A stretch of 63,998 nucleotides of DNA, filler included, from Candidatus Hydrogenedentota bacterium (GTDB lineage Bacteria; JBFMHD01): assembly GCA_040752395.1 (NCBI GenBank). It is 10 parts of 10 records of this genome, joined end to end, with 100 filler letters (N's around TTAATTAATTAA, not from the genome) between each part and the next. Parts side by side here need not be neighbours in the genome. Positions count along the whole stretch, not along the records: positions 6,961 to 13,759 come from JBFMHD010000151.1; positions 13,860 to 20,529 come from JBFMHD010000152.1; 8 more parts are not named here. One strand, written 5' to 3'. Shown here piece after piece: positions 9,579 to 17,896 of this stretch. Position numbers and translations under genes: made by a program. The notes beneath the pieces were generated by a model. That model was not told the origin of the DNA and searched no databases. It saw only the letters and a list, made by a program, of their open reading frames with translations. The stretch's first letter is position 1; each line of letters opens with the position of its first letter.

Positions 9579-11308
9579 TGAGAACCAGATATAAAATATT
9601 ACTATTATTCATATTCATATTTATAGTTTCGCCTCTTGCTACTATCTATGCTGATGACCAGAAACCAGTAATCTATGTGCCAGTTGGTAATTCACAGGTT
9701 TTATATATACCGAATAAAATAGAACGTATCGCAATAGGTAACCCTGAGATTATTGATGCAGTCGCTGTTACACAGACTGATGTGGTTTTTCGGGGGATAA
9801 ATGTTGGCTGGTCTTTTGTTCATATCTGGGAAAAAGATGGGAACTCTTATACAATAACAGTACATTCCATAGATGTTATGGCTATAAAGCCTTTTCTTAT
9901 AAGCGGTATCTATGCAGATTTTGATATGAATAAAGGTATTATACTTGAGGGCGAGACTGATGATGAAGATGGTTATAAGCGGATGCTAAAAGAGTTAAAA
10001 ATGCAGTTCGGCGATATATTTATAGACAACGTCACAATCTTACCACCACCACCTCCTCCTCCGGCGTTACCTGATACCTTTTTCCTAAGCGATGAAGAAA
10101 AAAATACTATAAACACAGGTGAGTTACAACTTACAACAAAACTAATAAGCGTTATATCGCGTTCCGCAACTGATATGAAAGATGCTGTGACACCATTACT
10201 TTCAACCAATGGTTCTATTACTGTAGATGCAAAGTCCAATACACTCATTGTAAAAGATTTAGAAGAAAACATAGAAACCATAGAAAAATTTGTAAGAGAC
10301 CTTGACCAACCTACATCTTTACAGGTCCTTATTCAGGCTGAATTTGTAGAGGTGATAAAAGACAAGATAGAAGAGTTGGGCATAGATTTCTCTGCTACTT
10401 TCGGTTCCGCAAATACGCTGAGTTTTTCAGTTGGTAATTCATTAAAAACTGTGGTTACACGAGCCGGAGGCGCTACACCCTCAACATCTATCCTCGACGA
10501 CCAGCTCGGAAGCGAAGCACAGATCGATGCTACAAGCAGCAATTTTAACCCGCTTGAACTATCAAACCTTGATTTATATCTAAGAGCACTTGAAAACAAA
10601 GGCTATCTCAGAAAATTATCTTCACCCAAAATTACAGCCCTCAATCAGCAACTGGCAAAAATAGTCAGAACTGATAAAATTCATTATATCTCAGGTTATA
10701 CCTTTACTTATGATTCAAACGGCGCCATTACCGGCGCATACCCTGTAATCTCAAGTGTAGAAATAGGTATCACACTTGAGATTACACCTACCATAGGACG
10801 TGATGACATTATCTCTGTTAAAATAAAACCAATCGCCTCAAATCTGATAGGTGGCGATATAAGAACCATCCAGGCTTCTGCCGCCGGAACTACTTATTCT
10901 ATTCAAGTCCCTGATATGACAACTCGTTCTGCTGAAGCTGAGATACTTGTTAAAAATGGTTATACATTTGTTATTGGCGGTTTGAGAAATTATGAGGAGG
11001 CATTTGCAAGACAGGAGACACCTTATTTATCTAAAATACCTATACTCGGAAACTTATTTAAAAGAAAGAAAGATATAGACGCAAAAACAGAATTATTAAT
11101 CTTTATCACCGCACAGATTATTGACTCGGATGGCATTTATAAATCTACAGGTAATTATGAATATATCCCTCAATCTGAATTAAAATCTATATACCAACAA
11201 AGCGTTACTAATCCTGCGTTGAACCAAAGAGAGGTTGAGGATACTACTCTCCCAAGATTACCCTTAAAAAAAGATTCTGATGTCCCGGTTATCGATTTAA
11301 CCAAATGA
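9578..11308 (+). CDS. secretin (CpaC-like N-terminus, N3-like domain, secretin domain)
   Basis: IERIAIGNPEIID; DAKSNTLIVKD...LDQP..QVLIQAEFVEV; GITLEITP; PYLSKIPILGNLFK; TELLIFIT. Confidence 0.9.
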   Translation: MRTRYKILLLFIFIFIVSPLATIYADDQKPVIYVPVGNSQVLYIPNKIERIAIGNPEIIDAVAVTQTDVVFRGINVGWSFVHIWEKDGNSYTITVHSIDVMAIKPFLISGIYADFDMNKGIILEGETDDEDGYKRMLKELKMQFGDIFIDNVTILPPPPPPPALPDTFFLSDEEKNTINTGELQLTTKLISVISRSATDMKDAVTPLLSTNGSITVDAKSNTLIVKDLEENIETIEKFVRDLDQPTSLQVLIQAEFVEVIKDKIEELGIDFSATFGSANTLSFSVGNSLKTVVTRAGGATPSTSILDDQLGSEAQIDATSSNFNPLELSNLDLYLRALENKGYLRKLSSPKITALNQQLAKIVRTDKIHYISGYTFTYDSNGAITGAYPVISSVEIGITLEITPTIGRDDIISVKIKPIASNLIGGDIRTIQASAAGTTYSIQVPDMTTRSAEAEILVKNGYTFVIGGLRNYEEAFARQETPYLSKIPILGNLFKRKKDIDAKTELLIFITAQIIDSDGIYKSTGNYEYIPQSELKSIYQQSVTNPALNQREVEDTTLPRLPLKKDSDVPVIDLTK

Positions 11309-12294
11309 GCCGAAGCCACATTACCCTCTCATTATTCTTTTTAATATTTTTAAACTCCTGTAACCAGATATTAGTTGAATATACTTTTATGAATAAAGAT
11401 AAAGGATATTTTAAATTAGTTGTTACAAAATCTGTGCCTTATCTCACGCAGAATGAAGAGGCTAATAGAATAAGAAGTGATACAACGTTTTTTAACTCTT
11501 TCTCAGGGCTTAATTTTACTAAACCTCAAACCGCTTTTAGAAATAGAATACTCCACGCTGTATATTATGGCTTGCATAACTGCAATATCAATAATGTATC
11601 CTCTTCTTTATTCCAGGCAAAAGTAAATGTAACAGAAGGTATCAACTCTGATACTCTAATTATTACTTACATAATCCCTGATTCTCTCTCTGCTAAAGAC
11701 CTCCCGGATACTTCTGAAGTATATGTAAATATAATAATCAATATAAATGGTGAATGCCTTGGTTCAAACGGAACAATATCAGGTTCTAAAATTACTTTTA
11801 ATAAAAAATACACCCGCTCAGATATTAATACTCCAGAAAATTTATTTGTATATTATAAACAAAATCAGGAGATCCCGGCTATCTTAGAGACCAACTATAA
11901 AATTATTGAAAGAGATTTATTCTATTTTAGCACTATGCCGTCTGCCGAATCAAAAAAATTATCAATAGAACACCTGCTTAAATCAAAACCAGGTTCCCAA
12001 AAGACAGGATTTTTCCTGAAACCAGAACTTATACAGCATACTACAAAAGAAGAGTTCCTTGAGTTTATTAACAGTGCGATTGTAAAAAAATATTATGGTA
12101 TAAGAAAGATTTATCCTGTGCATTATTTGAATTTCGACTATATCTTAATCAATCTATACAGGGACTGGGATAGACTTCAAATAGAAGAGAAAAAAGAGTT
12201 TATTTCTTTTCTTTCAGCCAATCAGAAGAACGTATTAAAAAATATCCCTGTTTATCTTGTTAACTCTGATGGCAAACGCCTGATAATTCCCTGA
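11305..12294 (+). CDS. hypothetical lipoprotein
   Basis: Hydrophobic stretch ending LNSC (lipobox-like); overlaps secretin stop. Confidence 0.55.
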   Translation: MSRSHITLSLFFLIFLNSCNQILVEYTFMNKDKGYFKLVVTKSVPYLTQNEEANRIRSDTTFFNSFSGLNFTKPQTAFRNRILHAVYYGLHNCNINNVSSSLFQAKVNVTEGINSDTLIITYIIPDSLSAKDLPDTSEVYVNIIININGECLGSNGTISGSKITFNKKYTRSDINTPENLFVYYKQNQEIPAILETNYKIIERDLFYFSTMPSAESKKLSIEHLLKSKPGSQKTGFFLKPELIQHTTKEEFLEFINSAIVKKYYGIRKIYPVHYLNFDYILINLYRDWDRLQIEEKKEFISFLSANQKNVLKNIPVYLVNSDGKRLIIP

Positions 12295-12299
12295 AAACC

Positions 12300-12445
12300 A
12301 TTGCAATAATCATTTTTAATGGTCTTATTTCTCGACTAAATGGATCAAGAACCAATTTTAATGCTTCCAGTGTTACAGCACCCAATAAATTTTCATCCCC
12401 TTTTTCCCCGAATATAGCTGGTGAGGCTCCTCTCTTATTCTGAAA
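12300..12445 (-). pseudogene. C-terminal remnant of a clan AA aspartyl protease
   Basis: GASPAIFGEKGDENLLGAVTLEALKLVLDPFSREIRPL; no start; cut at the repeat at 12446. Confidence 0.7.
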
Positions 12446-12556
12446 CAGGCTTCAGACTCCGGGCTCCAGCCGGCTGGAGTCCATAGCCTGTAGCCTGTAG
12501 CCCGTCCTGATACCTCTCACTTCTTCCGTTATCTTGCTTCTTGCCTCTTGCTTCTA
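12446..12556 (+). repeat. modular repeat, CAGCCGGCTG hairpin plus pyrimidine module
   Basis: CTCCAGCCGGCTGGAG palindrome, (TAGCCTG)n, CTGATACCTCTCACTTCTTCCGTTATCTTGCTTCTTGC. Confidence 0.9.
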
Positions 12557-12663
12557 AAGTATAAGTTCTACTGCACCAATAACTGAGGCATTACCAATCT
12601 TCTGTCTCCTGTCTCCTTAAATTATAGTACCTTTTTCCTATTGACTCTGTGAGAAAATTCATC

Positions 12664-12691
12664 TTGACAAACTGCAGAAATGGCTTATAAT
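12664..12691 (+). promoter_or_regulatory. sigma70-type promoter upstream of the repeat and tadE-like gene
   Basis: TTGACA-N16-TATAAT. Confidence 0.65.
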
Positions 12692-12714
12692 AGTTATAAT
12701 GATGAAAAAAGTAT

Positions 12715-12993
12715 GAAGTGGGAAGTAGGAATAAGGAGTTTTTGGGTTATTGCGTTTTTGCGCTCTACACAATTTATAAAAAACTAAAGATGATATGAAA
12801 AGAGTCGTGAGTCGCAAGTCGTGAGTCAAAACAGGACTCAAGACTCAAGACTTTTCAGCAGGCTCCGGGCTTCGGGCTCCAGCCGGCTGTAGTCCGTAGC
12901 CTGTAGCCCGTCCTAATACCTCTCACTTCTTCCGTTATCTTGCTTCTTGCTTCTACTTGATATTATTATAGTTACAATGTTTTTCAGAGGAGG
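12715..12993 (+). repeat. modular repeat, long copy ending in the SD of the tadE-like gene
   Basis: Most modules present; ends GTTTTTCAGAGGAGG 8 nt before ATG 13002. Confidence 0.92.
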
Positions 12994-13001
12994 TACTTCA
13001 T

Positions 13002-13759
13002 ATGTTTAACTTATTAAAATTAATAAGAAATCAGAAAGGCCAATCAATCGTCGAGACTGCATATCTGCTCCCTTTGTTAATCGCTGTTATTTATGCAGGC
13101 CTCGAGGTCGCAAATATATACAATAACTGGACTTCTTTTAGAAATGCTGCAAGAACAGGCTGCGCCATCTTAAGCCGCGGCGGCTCTGATACAGAAATAA
13201 AAGATGCTATCTATGAAAATGTAGGAAAAATAATACGATGGGGGTTTGTAGAGTTTCAAGCCGGTAATATCGAGATATTCCCGGCGTACGGTGATCCGGA
13301 TAGAACAATTACTGGTAAACCCGTAGGGGTTCGGATTGAATATAAAGTCGGTTTTAATCTCCCGCTTTTTGCTAATTATGTTGAGCTTGCTGATATGAGT
13401 GTGGGTAATATAAGAAAAGTAAATATGCGTTCTTTAAATGATACTGAAGACGAGTTCTCTGATGCGGGCCATTTGATACCCATCGTTATAAAACAACAGA
13501 CTTTTAAGCGTGGCCAGAGTTATTTAGTAAGAGATGAAGGAGCAACAGGTAACTGGGGTGGTATGAACCTTGATAATGAAGCAGGTGCAGCTGGTGCTAA
13601 TGATATAAGAGATTGGATAACAAATGGCTATCCTGGTGATATAGCTGTTGGTGATATAAGAAATACCCAACCCGGATTTATGAAGGGACCTGTTTTAGAC
13701 GGTATTTTAAGCCGCATATGGGAACATATTACTGAGACCTGGTCCGACCATCCAGTTGA
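13002..13759 (+). CDS. TadE/TadG-like pseudopilin (3' truncated)
   Basis: Prepilin motif KGQSIVETAYLLPLL; AARTG; C-terminal GNWGGMNL...WITNGYPG. Confidence 0.8.
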
Positions 13760-13875
13760 NNNNNNNNNNNNNNNNNNNNNNNNNNNNNNNNNNNNNNNNN
13801 NNNTTAATTAATTAANNNNNNNNNNNNNNNNNNNNNNNNNNNNNNNNNNNNNNNNNNNNTAGCAGTGATAAAACA

Positions 13876-15369
13876 ATGATGATAAAAGATTCAAAGATTG
13901 AAAGATTCAAAGATTACTTCCGAATTCCGAATTTTTTAAAGGAAGTTGGTTTTAGGCTACAGGCTACAGGCTACGGATTACAGCCAGCTGGAACCCGGAG
14001 CCTGAAGTCCGAAGTCCGAAGCCAACATATCATCTACTTTTTGCCTTTTGCTTCTTGCTTCTTGCTTCTTGCTTCTTACTTCTTACTTCCTACTTCTTCT
14101 TATTGCCGCATCACCGATGATCTTCGGCTTGGTGCTTATCCAGCGAGTATGGGTGGTGCATTTGTTGCTATGAGTGAGGGGTATCATTCTCTTTACTGGA
14201 ACCCTGCGGGTCTTTCTAAATTTCAAGGGTTGGATATCTCGGATCTTTTTATACCGCAGCCGTACGGAGTCGATGATATCAACCAGAACTATCTCGCGGT
14301 CGCTTATGGTGACAGTATCCGTCGGTTCGGTGCTGGGCTGGCGATGCGGTATCTTGGGGCTGATTTAGAATATGGTTCAGCAGGTGGTAGTATTATCAGT
14401 AGTGTTGATTATGATGAATTTGAATGGATTGTAGGTGGTGGTGTACGGGTTATGACAGACTGGTATGTCGGAATGAATTATAAACATTATTCTATAGAAT
14501 CGAGTCTTCGCGGAACCGAGTTAAGTATTTCGGGTAATGCGATGGATATAGGTACAATTTACTATGTAAGGCCACTTGATTTGAATTTAGGTGCGATGAT
14601 AAGAAATTTTTCTTGTGATTTCGGGAAAGAAGATATTGATCCCACGTATCGAATTGGTTTAAGCAAATCTTTTATTGATAATCATATCAGGTTTGCGATT
14701 GATGTATCTGAAGAAAACGACGCCGCTCTTAATGATGCTGATTTCAGGTTGCACGCAGGCTGTGAGTTTTTACCTGTTAAAGAATTTGGTATAAGAATCG
14801 GGTATGACGACGAAGATATCACAGGTGGTTTTGGGGTCTATTTTGGTAGTGCGGGGCTGGAATACGCATACGTTGATAATGATAGACTCGAAGGAACTCA
14901 TCAGGTCTCTTTATCCTACAGGTTTGGGAAACCTAAATCAGTCAAAGAATTAGAAAAAGAAGCTGAGAAACGAAAAGCTAAAATTGCTGAAAAAGAAGAA
15001 GAAAAACAGCCTGTTATGCAAAAAGTAAAAAAAGAGGAGGTTGTTCTGGCTAATGATTATTCAATCTGGATTGAAAACTTTAGGGGGATTGATGTGCCGG
15101 ATGAAGTAAAATGGCTTGAGATGGCTATAAAAGACATTATGATAAATTATTTCAAAAGAGAGACTGATCTCACTCTCGCCAACTCCCCCAATAAAGCATA
15201 TTTTATTATATCTGGAACATATAAAAAAACCAATGATCAAATATCGATATATGCAAGGATTACAGATAAATCAGAAAGAATAAAAATAGAGACTGTTCTT
15301 ACATCCCAGCAAAAAATATTTAATGGTTGTGAACAATTAGCTGAAAAAATAATAAGAAGTATAAAATAA
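13876..15369 (+). CDS. PorV/FadL-like outer-membrane beta-barrel protein with C-terminal extension; N-terminus encoded by repeat DNA
   Basis: GAYPASMGGAFVA...SLYWNPAGL; RIGY; GFG; EYAY; THQVSLSYRFG. Confidence 0.8.
   Translation: MMIKDSKIERFKDYFRIPNFLKEVGFRLQATGYGLQPAGTRSLKSEVRSQHIIYFLPFASCFLLLASYFLLPTSSYCRITDDLRLGAYPASMGGAFVAMSEGYHSLYWNPAGLSKFQGLDISDLFIPQPYGVDDINQNYLAVAYGDSIRRFGAGLAMRYLGADLEYGSAGGSIISSVDYDEFEWIVGGGVRVMTDWYVGMNYKHYSIESSLRGTELSISGNAMDIGTIYYVRPLDLNLGAMIRNFSCDFGKEDIDPTYRIGLSKSFIDNHIRFAIDVSEENDAALNDADFRLHAGCEFLPVKEFGIRIGYDDEDITGGFGVYFGSAGLEYAYVDNDRLEGTHQVSLSYRFGKPKSVKELEKEAEKRKAKIAEKEEEKQPVMQKVKKEEVVLANDYSIWIENFRGIDVPDEVKWLEMAIKDIMINYFKRETDLTLANSPNKAYFIISGTYKKTNDQISIYARITDKSERIKIETVLTSQQKIFNGCEQLAEKIIRSIK
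13953..14100 (-). repeat. modular repeat in reverse orientation inside the CDS
   Basis: (AGGCTAC)n, CAGCCAGCTG, CCAACATATCATCT, (TTCTTGC)n. Confidence 0.9.
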
Positions 15370-15386
15370 TCATTTCCGCGGTATAA

Positions 15387-15482
15387 CTATATAAACAAAA
15401 ATCTTACGGGAATAAGACGTTTTTTTATCGGGTCTAAAGCCAGGCCAAGTTCTTCCAGAACAACCATTCCTAATAGAAGACT
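15387..15482 (-). pseudogene. second clan AA aspartyl protease C-terminal remnant
   Basis: LLLGMVVLEELGLALDPIKKRLIPVRFLFI*. Confidence 0.6.
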
Positions 15483-15507
15483 GAGGTGATACAGTAACCA
15501 GCGGTCG

Positions 15508-16683
15508 TTAATCTGGTATAGTGGTAAACTTATCATATAACTCATATAACGGGATATTGAGTTCTTTTGCTCTCTTTCTCATATCCTCATATTCAGGAAA
15601 TTCTTTTGTAGCACCTGAAGGAAGAAGGACTCGCTTAAATTTTATATCCCCTATCTCTGTTTTTTTTGTTACGATCTCGCGCTGTAAACTTAGTTTTTGT
15701 ACCGGGTAATATCTTACGCCTATGGTTGTAGTTACTGATAGAAGATATTCTATAAGGCCATAAAGCTTCTCATCAGTTGAAAGGAGTGAGATTATAAAAG
15801 CGGGTCTTGATTTTTTCATCATTGTATTCGTAATGCAAACATCAAGGGCGCCTCTATTAAAAAGCCCCTCCATAATATCAGGTAAAAGCTGCGGATTCAT
15901 ATCATCAATATTTGTTTCAATAATAAACTGTGTTTGCTGGTTAATTATCTTATCATCAATTATTCCCAGGGTAATCCTTAACACATTAGGAAACTCAAAT
16001 TTTTTTGTACCAGCTCCATAACCAGTTGCTACAGGTATATAAAGAGGTGGCTGTTCATAGATATCTGTAATAGAAGCTACAATAGCGGCACCTGTTGGCG
16101 TTATGATCTCTTCAAAAATATTCTGATAAGATACTGGTTTTCCTTTAACGAGTTCTAAAACTGCGGGTGTAGGAAGCGGTAGAATACCGTGGTCAGTCTT
16201 AACCATTCCGCCTGTCTCAAGATAAAAAGGTGTGCTATAAATTCTTTGTGGTTTAATTTTATGAATCGAGGCTGCAGCACAAACAATATCCACTATGGCG
16301 TCAACTGTTCCAACCTCATGAAAATCCGCTTTATTAAAAGGTATGTTATGTACCGATGATTCGGCAATCGCAAAATTTTCAAATATTTTTATAGCAAGAT
16401 TTTTTATAGGAGTATCTATCAAAGCATTATTAATTATCTTTTTTATATCATCAAAATTTCTGTGTATGTGTTCTTTTTTTTGGTTTTTAACATTGAATCT
16501 TAAGGCAGAGATACCATTATAAACAACATCTTCCAACTCAATAGAGACACTATTTAAGCCGAGTGATTTTACAATAGAATCAAGATAAGCTTTATCTTTA
16601 TGCAGTCCAAATAGAGCAGCGTTTATCTTATCACCTGATACACCTGAAAACTGGTCAATAAAAAGTATATTATAAGCGCTCAA
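15508..16683 (-). CDS. larC: nickel-pincer cofactor biosynthesis protein LarC (DUF111)
   Basis: SGVSGD, FHEVGTVDAIVDIV, HGILPLPTPA, TPTGAA, GYGAG, ETNIDDMNP, MKKSRP, TTTIGVR, PEYED. Confidence 0.92.
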   Translation of the reverse strand: MSAYNILFIDQFSGVSGDKINAALFGLHKDKAYLDSIVKSLGLNSVSIELEDVVYNGISALRFNVKNQKKEHIHRNFDDIKKIINNALIDTPIKNLAIKIFENFAIAESSVHNIPFNKADFHEVGTVDAIVDIVCAAASIHKIKPQRIYSTPFYLETGGMVKTDHGILPLPTPAVLELVKGKPVSYQNIFEEIITPTGAAIVASITDIYEQPPLYIPVATGYGAGTKKFEFPNVLRITLGIIDDKIINQQTQFIIETNIDDMNPQLLPDIMEGLFNRGALDVCITNTMMKKSRPAFIISLLSTDEKLYGLIEYLLSVTTTIGVRYYPVQKLSLQREIVTKKTEIGDIKFKRVLLPSGATKEFPEYEDMRKRAKELNIPLYELYDKFTTIPD

Positions 16684-16693
16684 CTGTTATATA

Positions 16694-16880
16694 CTCCTCT
16701 GAAAAACATTGTAACTCTAATAATTCGGGGTACAGGCTACAGGCTACGGACTACAGCCGGCTGGAGCCTGGGACACGGAGCCCACATATCATTTACTTCT
16801 TGCTTCTTGCCTCGGCCGACTACAATGTGCTCCTACGAACATCTCTCTCACTTTTAGCTTTTAACTTTTTACTTTTTACT
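16694..16880 (-). repeat. modular repeat ending in the SD of larC
   Basis: Reverse complement reads CAGCCGGCTGTAGTCCGTAGCCTG...TTATTAGAGTTACAATGTTTTTCAGAGGAG. Confidence 0.88.
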
Positions 16881-16890
16881 TGTTATACAC

Positions 16891-17865
16891 CTATAACCGA
16901 GTGCTAACTCTAAGAGACTTAAATACCTCCTTTTTTAATATCGGGAGTCCTAAACCATAGACCCTGTCAGCACCTTTCTTCCCTATGTCAAGTGTTAGCC
17001 TCTTTAGATGTTCGTATGCTTCGTCAATGTTGGTGAGCGGTGTTTTACCACCGTAGATTTGATGTTTGGCTATGGCAAGACTAAGAACACCTGCTATATG
17101 CGGCGTGGCCATTGAGGTACCTGAAAATGAGGCATATCTATTTTCTGGTATAGTTGATAAAATTTCAAAACCAGGTGCTACAACCCCCATTTTTTTCATA
17201 CCTTCTCCTGTGGTGCTAAATTCAGTTATTTTTTTATTTGAAGCGATAGCTCCAACAGCTATGCAGAGTTTCTCTTCAGCATAACGTGCAGGATATCCTA
17301 ACTCGCTCCAGTTCCCCTGGTTCCCCACTGCACAGACTGTTATAACCCCATTTTTCTTTGCCTCTATCAGTGCCTGCTTTAAACTTAAAAAGGGTTCAGG
17401 AGACCCAAGCGACATTGAAATTACCTTAATGTCATATTTTTTAATGTTCTCTATTACCCAGTAAATCCCATTCACTATCCAACTTATATCGCCCTCCCCA
17501 TAATCATTCATTACCTTTACTGGTATAATCTTTGTTTTTGGCGCAACACCAATGATGCCAAGCCCATTTTTATTAGCTGCTATGATACCTGTGACATGAG
17601 TACCATGTGACTGATGGTCATTTATATTATTTCTATTTTTTGAACTAAAATTTATGCCGATGATTTTATTCTTTTTAAATATAAAAGATTCTTTTAAATC
17701 CTTATGATAAGGCGAGGTTCCTGTATCAAGAACCGCTACTTTCACTCCCTGCCCCTGGCAAAGTTTCCAGATATCAGGAGCTCCCAATAGTCTAACGCCC
17801 CAGTCAATGGTCTCGGAAACTTTTCTTTTTATGAAAATTTGTTTATATGGAATAAGTTTAAACAT
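16891..17865 (-). CDS. S8 subtilisin-like serine peptidase, no obvious signal peptide
   Basis: VAVLDTG, HGTHVTG, GTSMATPH triad motifs. Confidence 0.93.
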   Translation of the reverse strand: MFKLIPYKQIFIKRKVSETIDWGVRLLGAPDIWKLCQGQGVKVAVLDTGTSPYHKDLKESFIFKKNKIIGINFSSKNRNNINDHQSHGTHVTGIIAANKNGLGIIGVAPKTKIIPVKVMNDYGEGDISWIVNGIYWVIENIKKYDIKVISMSLGSPEPFLSLKQALIEAKKNGVITVCAVGNQGNWSELGYPARYAEEKLCIAVGAIASNKKITEFSTTGEGMKKMGVVAPGFEILSTIPENRYASFSGTSMATPHIAGVLSLAIAKHQIYGGKTPLTNIDEAYEHLKRLTLDIGKKGADRVYGLGLPILKKEVFKSLRVSTRL

Positions 17866-17896
17866 AAATAAATTTTATCCTGGATAACATAAATCC

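Noticed and set aside
12659-12841. 60-aa and 70-aa minus-strand ORFs (also 8378-8590)
   Set aside because: Translations of repeat DNA or antisense to cpaB, with no independent support.
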